In this document: piece after piece, positions 44,914 to 54,233 of the stretch
Numbering within the stretch: position 1 is the stretch's first letter
Layout of the letters: every line of letters starts with the position of its first letter
Source of the DNA: Candidatus Latescibacterota bacterium
GTDB lineage: Bacteria > Latescibacterota > UBA2968 > GCA-2709665
DNA: 64,000 nt
Direction: 5' to 3'
Assembly: GCA_965248435.1 (NCBI GenBank)
Contig: OZ252100.1
Coordinates: 384,001-448,000 of the forward strand
Program-made: the position numbers and the translations under genes
Notes under the pieces: generated by a model
Seen by the model: only the letters and a program-made list of their open reading frames with translations
Database searches by the model: none
What the model was told of the DNA's origin: nothing

Positions 44914-45654
44914 TCAGGCAACTCTTCCAAACTGTCGAGCGAAATCCAGAAAGTCCAGAAAGTCCACCGCTTCGTTGTGGTTGAGATCGAACCTCTCGTC
45001 ATAGTGGATCTCTCCCAACCGGGTTCCGAATCGAAGGACGAATCCAAGGAAGTCGATGAAGTCGACCTTCCCACTATCGTCGAAATCGGCAGTTATCGTG
45101 TCCTTTTCCTCACCTCCTTGTCGCGTCATTCTGAGAATTCCCTGGGGGGGGGCCGTTTCTGCAACCAGGTCGGAGACCAGATCCTCGAACTCCCCCAGGG
45201 GGACGGTCTGGATCAGCCTGAGTGTATCCTCTCCGGCCGAATAAGAGAAGGTGTCCCGAACCCCGGGCGTCGGAATATTCTCAAGGATCAAAAGAGGTTC
45301 CTCCAGCCGGTATGTCCCTGCCGACCTTGCTGTATCCTCGTAGTCGGTCTGGATCGGAATCCCAAACAAGGAAAAAGACAGGCTTACGCTCAGGATGTAG
45401 CCTGCCTCGTAGCTTCCGTCCGGGCTGAGGGTGACGCGACCCGACACCCTCCCCGAAAAGGAGAGTCCAGAAATGGCTGAGAGCAGATCTGGCGATGCAT
45501 AAGCCTGCAAGGCAACCCTATCCGCTTCCCAGGTCCCAAGAGGGTCTCCTCCGGTGACGGCAGGCGCCTCGCTGAGTATCTCAGCATCTGCCCGAAATGC
45601 TGAGATCGCCAAAAAGCACAATACTGGAAGCACGGCCCTACACGACGCGCGCAC
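44914..45654 (-). CDS. Secreted protein with C-terminal EF-hand/dockerin-like domain
   Basis: Signal peptide, LGTW lipocalin-like start, ADFDDSGKVDFIDF..FDLNHNEAVDFLDF. Confidence 0.75.
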   Translation of the reverse strand: MRASCRAVLPVLCFLAISAFRADAEILSEAPAVTGGDPLGTWEADRVALQAYASPDLLSAISGLSFSGRVSGRVTLSPDGSYEAGYILSVSLSFSLFGIPIQTDYEDTARSAGTYRLEEPLLILENIPTPGVRDTFSYSAGEDTLRLIQTVPLGEFEDLVSDLVAETAPPQGILRMTRQGGEEKDTITADFDDSGKVDFIDFLGFVLRFGTRLGEIHYDERFDLNHNEAVDFLDFLDFARQFGRVA

Positions 45655-45899
45655 GACTCAGGGTTCGCCCAGAGTCATCGTGTCTCCGAACATCATAACA
45701 TCAATATAAATAAATGACATTACCCAAAAAAGCGGAACGTTGGGAATTCGTGGATAAACAGACTGGCGGAAATCCCTCACCCGCCATGGAGGATTTCCAC
45801 CATTTAACGCGAAGCTGCCGTGGAGAACATCCCGGATCAAAGGTTATAAACTAATTTAAAATAATGTATTATGAGGTATTTTCCGCTCTTTCTCCGTTT

Positions 45900-45915
45900 C
45901 GGTACGGAAAATGCA
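45900..45915 (+). promoter_or_regulatory. Possible sigma54 promoter of the hybrid kinase
   Basis: CGGTACGGAAAATGCA has GG-N10-GC spacing, with an AT-rich tract upstream. Confidence 0.45.
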
Positions 45916-45960
45916 AGCACATGATTGGAGATTGAATCATCTCAACTATTCGCCAGAACC

Positions 45961-47244
45961 ATGTTTTCGACCGCTATGGCTCCAATATACCTCATTTGGC
46001 TGATTCCTGCCGCCGGGCTACTTGTCATCCTGGTTTACGGGTCGTTTACCCTTGGCCGCAGAAAGGCACGTCGGGAGGAACGCCGACGCCTGGAAGCGCA
46101 AGTCAGGCACTCTCAGGAGTTGGAGACACTTGGAAAGTTGACTGCCGGCATCGCCCACGACTTCAACAACACCCTGGCGATCATCCTGGGCTACGCGGAA
46201 ATGGGACGCGACGAGGTCCCGAAGCAGGGCAGCGCCCGAGAGAACATCGAGGAAGCGCTCAAAGCAGGCTACCGCGCACGCGATCTGGCGAAACAGCTCC
46301 TGGTAATCAGCCGCGGGAGCTCACCCGAGCGCGGCCCGATCGCCATGGCCCAGCTGATTGAGGAATCCCTCCAGATGCTGCGTGCCTCTTTTCCAAGGAC
46401 TGTGAAAATTCAGAGGGAGATCGATCCCGATGCCGGCTTCATATCGGGCCACCTATCCCAAATCTACCAGGTGATCATCAACCTCTGCTTGAACGCCCGA
46501 GACGCGATGCAGGAAGGGACTGTAACGGTGGGGCTTTCCAGTGTCGTGCTCGATTCAGAATTCGTCGGGCGTCACGGTGTAGTGGCAGGAAACTACGTGA
46601 AACTCACCGTCTCAGATACAGGAGAGGGGATCACTCCCGAGGTGCGGTCAAGAATCTTCGAGCCCTTCTTCACGACGAAGATCGCTGGAGAGGGAACTGG
46701 GATGGGCCTCCCCGTGGTCAGGAGCATCATCGAAAATCACGATGGCGTGATCGAAGTGTCCAGTCGCCCCGGGGAAGGCGCAACGTTTGAGGTCTACCTC
46801 CCCAGAACAGAGGGACAGAGGGAGTCCGTGGAGTCCAAGGACCCGGACATTGCGGCTGAGGACACCCCTATCCGATCTAGGGCCCGCGTCCTGTTCGTAG
46901 ACGACGACGAGCCCATTGCCACAATGGGGCAGAGGATGCTCGAGCGGTTCGGATATGAGGTGACCGCGAAATTGGACAGCCGGGAGGCCTTTGAGACCTT
47001 TCGCAGCCAACCAGATAGGTTCGACGTCGTCGTAACGGACTACTACATGCCCCACCTGGTCGGCACGGATCTGGCCCGGAAACTGAAGACGATCCGGCCC
47101 GACATCCCGCTGATCCTGATCACCGGCTTCAGTCACATGGTAAGCCCGGAACAGGCGCGAGAAGCAGGCTTTCGAGAGTTTCTCCTGAAACCCATGGCTG
47201 CCCGGGAACTGGGAAGGGCAGTACGGCAGGCACTAACCCACTGA
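45961..47244 (+). CDS. Hybrid sensor histidine kinase/response regulator (CckA-like)
   Basis: GIAHDFNN, NARDAM, DTGEG, FEPFFTTK, GTGMGL, C-terminal receiver. Single TM. Start uncertain (45925, 45961 or 45976). Confidence 0.9.
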   Translation: MFSTAMAPIYLIWLIPAAGLLVILVYGSFTLGRRKARREERRRLEAQVRHSQELETLGKLTAGIAHDFNNTLAIILGYAEMGRDEVPKQGSARENIEEALKAGYRARDLAKQLLVISRGSSPERGPIAMAQLIEESLQMLRASFPRTVKIQREIDPDAGFISGHLSQIYQVIINLCLNARDAMQEGTVTVGLSSVVLDSEFVGRHGVVAGNYVKLTVSDTGEGITPEVRSRIFEPFFTTKIAGEGTGMGLPVVRSIIENHDGVIEVSSRPGEGATFEVYLPRTEGQRESVESKDPDIAAEDTPIRSRARVLFVDDDEPIATMGQRMLERFGYEVTAKLDSREAFETFRSQPDRFDVVVTDYYMPHLVGTDLARKLKTIRPDIPLILITGFSHMVSPEQAREAGFREFLLKPMAARELGRAVRQALTH

Positions 47245-47269
47245 TGCACTATCCAGGGAGTCTGAATCC

Positions 47270-47680
47270 ATGATTCGTCCGACGCTCGCTGACAGTATCG
47301 TACAAGCCGCTCTGGTGACTCGAATCCTCATCGTAGATGATGATGACCAGATGCGGTCCCTGCTCGGAAAAATGCTCGACGGCACAGGACACGATGTAGT
47401 GGTTTCTCCAGATGGAAAGGCCGGGCTGGATCTAATCAGCGAGCAACCTCCGGACGTAGTCGTTACCGATATCCTGATGCCGGAGACGGACGGGCTGGAA
47501 CTTATCTATACACTGCGGCGCGACTTCCCGGACGTCAAGATTATCGCGATCTCGGGGTGTGGGGAAACGGGATATCTGAATTTTCTCTCCGAAGCCGAGG
47601 AGTTCGGCGCCGATGAAACCTTGCGAAAACCGTTTACTCGCGCCCAATTATTGGAAACTATAGAACGCGTCCTTTTCTAG
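47270..47680 (+). CDS. Single-domain response regulator
   Basis: ILIVDDD, TDILMPETDG, ISG, KPF. Confidence 0.9.
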   Translation: MIRPTLADSIVQAALVTRILIVDDDDQMRSLLGKMLDGTGHDVVVSPDGKAGLDLISEQPPDVVVTDILMPETDGLELIYTLRRDFPDVKIIAISGCGETGYLNFLSEAEEFGADETLRKPFTRAQLLETIERVLF

Positions 47681-47730
47681 ATGACCTCCGGGGTGATTGT
47701 TGTTTCTCCCCCTCTCCCCCATTTTATCGC

Positions 47731-47761
47731 CGTAGAGACGCCCCACCGGGGCGTCTCTACG
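47731..47761. repeat. GTAG-type REP palindrome between convergent genes
   Basis: CGTAGAGACGCCCC-ACC-GGGGCGTCTCTACG, perfect 14-bp stem. Confidence 0.8.
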
Positions 47762-47772
47762 ATTATCCGGAT

Positions 47773-50295
47773 TCAAATCCCGACCTGGTAGGCGATCTTC
47801 ATCAAGACGGCCCGGTTTCGCTGAGCGATCCCGCTTTCAGTGCCGAACGCCTGATCGAACACAAAAAAGAGGTTGCTTCCGGGTCGAAATCGATAGTTTA
47901 CGAGAAAGTTGGTACTTACCAGCTCCTTGTCGTTATTCCACTGGGCAAACAGCTTGAAAAAGAAATCGGTCGTCAAGGAGTAGATCACCCTGGCGCCAAG
48001 GGTGTTCAAACTCAGCTTCCCCTGGGGCAGCCGAATCCAATTGCTCACGTGGCGAATCCCCACTGAAAAACGGCCCGTCGGCCGAGCCTCGCCTTCCAGC
48101 AATGTGGCAAACCTGTGCCCCGTGAAATACCCCCCTGCTTGAAGCCTGATACGGACGTAGGCCTTTCTTGAGCGATCCGTCCACGGCCCAGTTGTAAACG
48201 TGGTGAAAGTATACGACCCCGCCGGGATCTCGACCTCTTCCCGCCGATCGGAGGGCGCAAACGGTTCATCGACCTCTTCGTGCTGAGTCGTAACCGCGAT
48301 CTGGTAATTGTGCCCGGAGTTGAAAATCGTCCACCACGAGAGTTCACTCTCCAGAGACTTCACCCGGTTCTCCCGGTCAGTGATCATATTGAATTCAGGT
48401 CCGATCGAAAAGTAGCGGATCCCGCCCAGGCCGGGCCTTGGTCTCGCCTTCATCCGGCCAAAATATCTGCGAAAACCCTCGAGGCCTTCCCTTCGGTTCA
48501 CGAATCCCACAGCCGGTTCGAATTCCGGATCTACATTCAGGAATCCGAGCTTTCCCGACAAGCGGTTTCCACAATAGATCAACCTCCCGAACTGCGCGTT
48601 GCCCCGAGTTCCGGTTTCAGAATCCCAGGTGCGCGCAACGAACCCCTGCAGGCTTAGCGACGCCGCGGGAGAATAGCTGAAATCGACGCCGCCTGCACGA
48701 TTGTAGTGACCCCATCCTGAATCGGACAGCTTCGACTGCTTGTTGACGAAGATGAACCCGACGTTAGACCGGGCGAGCAGGTCTCGCTTCACCCTGATTG
48801 CAGAAAAGTTGCTGCGTGGGATGAACAGGCTGTCGCCATCTTCCGTAAAGGACCGACTGTCCGTGAGCACGTTGAGCGCGCCCACACTCGTTCGATTCGC
48901 CTTCCCTACGATTTTTGTCGCGAGCCGCACGGGCACCGGCCTGTCTTCCTCCAATCCGATTCGCCGGCTGTAAAACAGGAGCGTCGGCGGCAGGGTTCCC
49001 CCGCTCCGATCCTCCGCGGCCTCGCCGAAATCGAACAGGTTGGCCCCCTCTAAGAAGAATCCCCGCTTTTCGGGGAAAAAGAGCGAAAACTGGGACAGGT
49101 TGACCTGCTCCTGGTCCCCTTCCACCTGGGCAAAATCAGTATTGTAGGAGAGGTCTGCCGTTAAGTTGGGTGTGAGTCCGTATCGCAGATCCACTCCGGA
49201 CTCAAAGCTCGGGTTCTCCTCGGGATTATCACCCTCTCGATCGATTGAGGTACCTGGAAGCATATAGGGCGTCACGTTGAGCAGCCTCCTGGAGCGGAGT
49301 CCTTCGAGACCGCGCAGTTCTCCAATGTCCGAGGTCCAGTAGCGCGCCCTGCTCGAGGATGCCCGGCCGCCGCCAACGACGAGACGCACCTCTTCGTTCT
49401 TGTAGGAGATGTTGCGTCCAAGATTGATTCCCCACACGATCGGTTCTCCAAGCCTGAATCGGAGTTGATTCAAGGGGATAGCAATCTCTGCCGTCCACCC
49501 CGTTGCGTGTTGCCTGGTACGGACCTCCCAGATACAGTCCCAGTCACCGTTAGAGGTCCGCCCTCCCTCCGAGAGTATGATATCCCGTTGAGCCCCAAGC
49601 GGATTTACGAAGAAGAAGAAACCGGTTTGTCTGTCGTTGTAAGTGTCGAGTAGGATCTGCACATTGTCGTCGTGCCGCAGGCTCGAATCCCTGCGCATAT
49701 TGTTCGCGACGACCCGGCCCGAATCGGAGAGGAAACACTCGAAGCCGAAATAGATCTTCTCCTCGTCATAGAGGATCCGAACGACCGTTCGCTCTGTACT
49801 CGGCATCCAGTAGTCCGGGTCCCGCTGGACGAAGCCTTCAATGGCCCTGGCCTCGAGCCAGACCGGGTCGTCCAATCGGCCATCCAGGCGAGGACCCTTT
49901 GGCACGTTTTCTGCATAGACGATGCGGCGCGCGCGGTGTCCGGGAGGGGGTGAACCTTCAATCGGCATCACGCGGCTGTGAACCTTGAACTGCTCGCCAC
50001 TGTCTGAGAGAACTCGTGCTACAAGCATCTCACCCAGATCCTTGATCACCTCCAGCGTTCCCACCTCGTTTCGACCGTTACCGGGAAGCACTCTCAACTG
50101 GCTCCAGACCGGAGCCGACCCGGAGAGTCCCTGCACGTAGACCAGGTCTCCAGATACGTGACGTATCTCCCCCACCTTTTGATCTATCCGCGGAGCCAAG
50201 CGTCCTGCTGACCCCAAACTGGAGTCAGCCCACAGGCCGGGCACCCCGATCGCGAGGGTCGCCATAAGTAAGACAGGTATGCCAAATTTGCTCAA
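47773..50295 (-). CDS. CBM9-like plus DUF5916 outer-membrane protein
   Basis: PRLDGRLDDPVW, GWTAEIAIP, NTDFAQVE.D..VNL..F.LFFPEKR.FFLEG, LFYSRRIG. Confidence 0.85.
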   Translation of the reverse strand: MSKFGIPVLLMATLAIGVPGLWADSSLGSAGRLAPRIDQKVGEIRHVSGDLVYVQGLSGSAPVWSQLRVLPGNGRNEVGTLEVIKDLGEMLVARVLSDSGEQFKVHSRVMPIEGSPPPGHRARRIVYAENVPKGPRLDGRLDDPVWLEARAIEGFVQRDPDYWMPSTERTVVRILYDEEKIYFGFECFLSDSGRVVANNMRRDSSLRHDDNVQILLDTYNDRQTGFFFFVNPLGAQRDIILSEGGRTSNGDWDCIWEVRTRQHATGWTAEIAIPLNQLRFRLGEPIVWGINLGRNISYKNEEVRLVVGGGRASSSRARYWTSDIGELRGLEGLRSRRLLNVTPYMLPGTSIDREGDNPEENPSFESGVDLRYGLTPNLTADLSYNTDFAQVEGDQEQVNLSQFSLFFPEKRGFFLEGANLFDFGEAAEDRSGGTLPPTLLFYSRRIGLEEDRPVPVRLATKIVGKANRTSVGALNVLTDSRSFTEDGDSLFIPRSNFSAIRVKRDLLARSNVGFIFVNKQSKLSDSGWGHYNRAGGVDFSYSPAASLSLQGFVARTWDSETGTRGNAQFGRLIYCGNRLSGKLGFLNVDPEFEPAVGFVNRREGLEGFRRYFGRMKARPRPGLGGIRYFSIGPEFNMITDRENRVKSLESELSWWTIFNSGHNYQIAVTTQHEEVDEPFAPSDRREEVEIPAGSYTFTTFTTGPWTDRSRKAYVRIRLQAGGYFTGHRFATLLEGEARPTGRFSVGIRHVSNWIRLPQGKLSLNTLGARVIYSLTTDFFFKLFAQWNNDKELVSTNFLVNYRFRPGSNLFFVFDQAFGTESGIAQRNRAVLMKIAYQVGI

Positions 50296-50424
50296 ACGAA
50301 AATCCTGCTATCTGGGACCGCAGACAATGGACGACCAAAACCTAAAGGTTGTTCTTCTTACGGACGGCGGTCATTTGATCACGGCTCAATATAAACCTTA
50401 CCGGCCCAATCGGCCTGCTTTTCC

Positions 50425-50454
50425 TTGACACGAACAGGTCGAGTTGTCTATCTT
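50425..50454 (+). promoter_or_regulatory. Sigma70-like promoter upstream of the riboswitch
   Basis: TTGACA-18-TATCTT. Confidence 0.6.
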
Positions 50455-50465
50455 TTCATCGTTGC

Positions 50466-50642
50466 AAGGGTAGAGGCGCGGTCTTTCATCAGTAGCCGGC
50501 GCAGGAAGGCGAAACCGAACCGTCGGACGAAAGGGAAAGGCTGCCGAAGTCTGTTGTCCTTTTCGCCTGGGCAGCGGGCTGGGCCAGTGGTTAAGATCCG
50601 CTGGACTGTCACAGGGCACGGCCCCGTGGAGCGCTCTCTTGC
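50466..50642 (+). ncRNA. Lysine riboswitch (L-box)
   Basis: Conserved blocks in order: TAGAGGCGCG, AGTA, GAAAGGG, GCCGAAG, CTGGGCC, ACTGTC, GGAGCGCT. Directly upstream of asd. Confidence 0.9.
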
Positions 50643-50667
50643 CGGTACGACCGCGCTGACAAGATTC

Positions 50668-50708
50668 GGCCGGCGATGCCGCACTCCTGGCACGCTGGCC
50701 TTTTTATA
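50668..50708 (+). terminator. Riboswitch expression-platform terminator
   Basis: GGCCGGCG.TGCC..GGCA.CGCTGGCC followed by TTTTT, before the asd RBS. Confidence 0.7.
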
Positions 50709-50726
50709 TCCCTGAAGGAGAAGCCG

Positions 50727-51809
50727 ATGGAGAAGCTCAGAGTGGGCATTTTGGGCGCCACGGGAATGGTTGGGCAGAGATTTGTTACGCTGCTCGCCGA
50801 CCATCCCTGGTTCGATGTGGTGTCGTTGGGTGCAAGCCCGCGCTCGGCCGGAAAGCCCTATCTTGAGGCCGTTGAAGGGCGCTGGACGATGCAGGAAGAT
50901 ATTCCTCCTGCCCTTTCACACGTCATCGTGAAAAACGCGACGGATGTTGATACCCTCTGTGAGGAGGTAGACTTCGTCTTTTCCGCTGTAGACATGCCCA
51001 GGGAAGCGATCCTCGACCTTGAAGAAGCGTTTGCCAGACACGAAACGCCCGTCGTTTCGAACAATTCTGCGCACCGCTGGACACCTGACGTCCCGATGCT
51101 GATCCCCGAAATCAACGCCGAACATACCGAGGTCATTCCGGCACAGCGAAAGCGACTCGGGACGACATCGGGGTTTATCTGTGTCAAGCCCAACTGTTCG
51201 ATACAGCCCTACGTGCCTGCGCTCCACGCACTTGCCGACTTCGAGCCGGAAAGGGCCGTGGTCTGCACCTATCAAGCCCTGTCCGGGGCCGGAAAGACCC
51301 TCGACAGCTGGCCCGAGATGGCGGACAATGTCATTCCGTTTATCGGTGGAGAAGAAGAAAAGAGCGAACGGGAACCACACAAGATTTGGGGCAAAGTAGA
51401 CCAGGGACGCATCGTAAGCGCGGACGGTCCTGTGATCTCCGCCCAATGTGTCAGGGTGCCGGTATCGGACGGACATATGGCCGCGGTATCGGTCGCTTTC
51501 AACCGGAAGCCTGCGATCGAGCAGATTCGAGAACGATGGGAAGCGTTCGTGGGAAGCCCGCGCGCTGTCAACCTCCCTTCTTCGGCCGATCCGTTCCTCG
51601 CCTACTCCGACGAGGATGATCGTCCGCAGACCCGAATCGACCGGGATGCCAGCCGGGGCATGGGGGTGACGCTGGGCCGCCTCAGGGAGGATGCAGTCCT
51701 GGACTACAAGTTCGTCGCCCTCAGCCACAACACGATTCGTGGAGCGGCCGGTGGTGGCATCCTGATGGCGGAGCTCCTCAAGGCCGAAGGCTATCTGAAT
51801 GCCAAGTGA
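50727..51809 (+). CDS. asd: Aspartate-semialdehyde dehydrogenase
   Basis: GATGMVGQ, KPNCS, YQALSGAG, RVPVSDGH, HNTIRGAAG. GAAGGAG RBS. Confidence 0.95.
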   Translation: MEKLRVGILGATGMVGQRFVTLLADHPWFDVVSLGASPRSAGKPYLEAVEGRWTMQEDIPPALSHVIVKNATDVDTLCEEVDFVFSAVDMPREAILDLEEAFARHETPVVSNNSAHRWTPDVPMLIPEINAEHTEVIPAQRKRLGTTSGFICVKPNCSIQPYVPALHALADFEPERAVVCTYQALSGAGKTLDSWPEMADNVIPFIGGEEEKSEREPHKIWGKVDQGRIVSADGPVISAQCVRVPVSDGHMAAVSVAFNRKPAIEQIRERWEAFVGSPRAVNLPSSADPFLAYSDEDDRPQTRIDRDASRGMGVTLGRLREDAVLDYKFVALSHNTIRGAAGGGILMAELLKAEGYLNAK

Positions 51810-52749
51810 GTCGGGTGAGAAGGAGCGATATCCGGCCGATCACGAGCATCGCACGACCCTGGCCCTCCTGTCCCTCGACGGGCTCTCCGTCGGCGACGCC
51901 CTCGGACAACGCTTCTTCGGTCCGCCGGCGATCGTCTCTGGAATGATCGAGAATCGACAGATCCCACCCGCACCCTGGTACTTCACAGACGACACGGCCA
52001 TGGCCATCTCCATCGTGGAGACCCTTTCACGACACGGTCGAATCCATCAGGATGAACTTGCATTGGCCTTTGCGCGGCGTTACCGACAGGAGCCAGACAG
52101 AGGGTATGGCCCCTTCGCCCGCAAGATTCTGGCGAACATCGACCGCGGTGGGTCCTGGCGGGAACTCGCGCCGCAGGCCTTCGGCGGCTCTGGCTCGATG
52201 GGCAACGGCGGAGCGATGCGAGTGGCCCCGGTCGGCGCCTACTTTTACGATGACCTCGATTGCGCTGCAGAACAGGCAGAGGCGTCCGCGGAAATCACAC
52301 ACGCGCACGCGGAGGGAAGGGCGGGCGCGGTCGCAATCGCTGCAGCTGCGGCCACGGCCGCCAGGGCGCAGGCAGGCGGCGACGCCATAACGCCTGATCA
52401 CTTCTTTTCTGAGATCCTGTCCGTCACGCCTCCCTCGGCGACGAGAGACGCGATCGAATCCGCTCGAGATCTCTCGCCCGCTTCCCCTCCCGAGTTGGCC
52501 GCCCAGAAACTGGGCTCGGGCAATCGAATCACAGCGCCAGACACGGTCCCCTTTACGCTCTGGTGCGCCGTCAGGCATCTCGCCAGCTACCCGGAGGCCA
52601 TCTGGACCACGATTTCCGGCCTGGGTGATCGGGACACGACCTCCGCGATCGTCGGTGGAATCGTCGCGCTTTCGGCCGGACGCTTTTCCATTCCTCCCAC
52701 GTGGCTTTCTTCCCGAGAACCGCTCCCCGTTATTGTCCCCGAAAACTAG
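51799..52749 (+). CDS. ADP-ribosylglycohydrolase family protein
   Basis: GDALG, FTDDT, GNGGAMR.AP, GDRDT. Confidence 0.9.
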   Translation: MPSESGEKERYPADHEHRTTLALLSLDGLSVGDALGQRFFGPPAIVSGMIENRQIPPAPWYFTDDTAMAISIVETLSRHGRIHQDELALAFARRYRQEPDRGYGPFARKILANIDRGGSWRELAPQAFGGSGSMGNGGAMRVAPVGAYFYDDLDCAAEQAEASAEITHAHAEGRAGAVAIAAAAATAARAQAGGDAITPDHFFSEILSVTPPSATRDAIESARDLSPASPPELAAQKLGSGNRITAPDTVPFTLWCAVRHLASYPEAIWTTISGLGDRDTTSAIVGGIVALSAGRFSIPPTWLSSREPLPVIVPEN

Positions 52750-52803
52750 CCTTCCCTCCCTCACGCTTCACTCAAGTCCGCTTCACTTTCAAAGGAGATC
52801 GGC

Positions 52804-53856
52804 ATGGATACATCGATAACCACCCTGCTGGGGATCGTCTTTCTGGGACTGGCAGGGGCGTCTGTTTCGCTCATGTTCAAGCTGTGGGGCTATCCCTACG
52901 ACGAAGAGACTCACACCAGCACCGCACCCGAGTCCCTGGTTACGCTTCACAGGGTAATCGGCATTGCCTACGTGGTGATTTACATCGTCATGATGTGGCA
53001 AATGGTGCCGCGGATGTGGAACTACCAGATCGAGCTGCCGCCTCGCACCGTCGCCCACCTGATGCTCGGGATCTCCATCGGCGTGCTGCTGCTGATAAAG
53101 ATCTCCATTGTGCGTTTCTTCAGGCACTTCAGCAGTGCCCTCCCCTTTCTGGGTAGCGCGATTCTGCTCTTCACGGTTCTGCTCATCGGCCTCTCTGTGC
53201 CGTTCACGCTGCGCGAACATTACCTGCGCGCGGGGGCACAGCTTATGAGCGATGAGAGCCTTCAGCGGGTGCGGACCCAGTTGAAGACAGCCGACATGCA
53301 AGGAGATGTTCAGCTGGATCAACTGGCTTCCCGACGAAAGCTTCGAGAAGGGCGTCAAGTGCTGTTGTCCAAATGCGTCAAGTGTCACGATTTGCGAACG
53401 ATCCTGCTCAGACCTCGAACGCCCAAAAACTGGGTGCGAACGGTCGAACGGATGGCGCGAATGCCCACCATCGGGGAACCGATCACAGAAGCGGATGAGT
53501 GGACGGTGTCGGCATACCTCATCGCAATTACACCCGACCTGCAGAATTCGGCCAAGATCCGTCGGAAACGGAACCTGGAGGCGCGCGTGGTCCAGACGGC
53601 CATGCAGACCGCGTTCGTCCCGCACGACCAGGCCCGTGACGAGATGGCCTATGACCCGCAGATCGCCAGAGTCCTGTTTGAAGAGACCTGCTCTCAGTGC
53701 CACGAACTTTCGGAGGTCGACAACGCGCCCCCAACCACAGTGACGGAAACTCAGGGCCTCATCGCCCGCATGATCGAGAACGGGCTCTACCTGGAGGAGC
53801 CGGAGATCGAGGTCATTGTTCGATATCTGAATGAGATGTATGTCTCGAATGAGTGA
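52804..53856 (+). CDS. Membrane cytochrome: 4-TM His-containing N-domain plus two c-type heme domains
   Basis: LHRVIG, AHLMLG TM histidines. CVKCH..W..TVERM and CSQCH..IARM. Confidence 0.8.
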   Translation: MDTSITTLLGIVFLGLAGASVSLMFKLWGYPYDEETHTSTAPESLVTLHRVIGIAYVVIYIVMMWQMVPRMWNYQIELPPRTVAHLMLGISIGVLLLIKISIVRFFRHFSSALPFLGSAILLFTVLLIGLSVPFTLREHYLRAGAQLMSDESLQRVRTQLKTADMQGDVQLDQLASRRKLREGRQVLLSKCVKCHDLRTILLRPRTPKNWVRTVERMARMPTIGEPITEADEWTVSAYLIAITPDLQNSAKIRRKRNLEARVVQTAMQTAFVPHDQARDEMAYDPQIARVLFEETCSQCHELSEVDNAPPTTVTETQGLIARMIENGLYLEEPEIEVIVRYLNEMYVSNE

Positions 53857-53976
53857 GGGGAATTCTACGACATCTATTCGTCCAGTGGAATCCTGAACTG
53901 CTTGTCGCCGGAGCAGGCCTCCGTGCCTGCCTGGACTTTCGGTCATCATTCGACAACGACCCGGTTTACTTCTTCC

Positions 53977-54020
53977 AAAAAAAAAACGGCGCCAGCGAAT
54001 TCGCATTCGCCGGCGCCGTC
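53977..54020 (-). terminator. Intrinsic terminator of the flgC unit
   Basis: ACGGCGCCAGCGAAT/ATTCGCCGGCGCCGT stem, with a long T-run on the minus strand. Confidence 0.75.
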
Positions 54021-54046
54021 TCCTTGGGGACCGCAATCGCGGGGGG

Positions 54047-54220
54047 CTATAGCTTGGAGAAGTAGAGCGCTCTGACCTTGAAGAGGATCTGGCCCTTGGA
54101 TGTCATCGTCAGGATCGGAAAGGGTCGTGGGCCGACCCTTCCGAGGGTTCGCATGAGCTGAGATTCCTCATCGTTTCGATCTTCGTAGTGCCAGGTCAGT
54201 AATTTCTTAGACAGAGACAT
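54047..54220 (-). CDS. 57-aa hypothetical protein downstream of flgC
   Basis: MSLSKKLLTWHYEDRNDEESQLMRTLGRVGPRPFPILTMTSKGQILFKVRALYFSKL*. Starts 13 nt after the flgC stop and ends before the terminator. Confidence 0.45.
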   Translation of the reverse strand: MSLSKKLLTWHYEDRNDEESQLMRTLGRVGPRPFPILTMTSKGQILFKVRALYFSKL

Positions 54221-54233
54221 ATTTATCGTTCGA

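Noticed and set aside
52789-54036. Long antisense ORFs (also 56738-58234, 39711-40742, 35611-36615, 21376-22257, 7387-8280)
   Set aside because: They are shadow frames of well-supported genes in high-GC DNA and carry no recognisable motifs.
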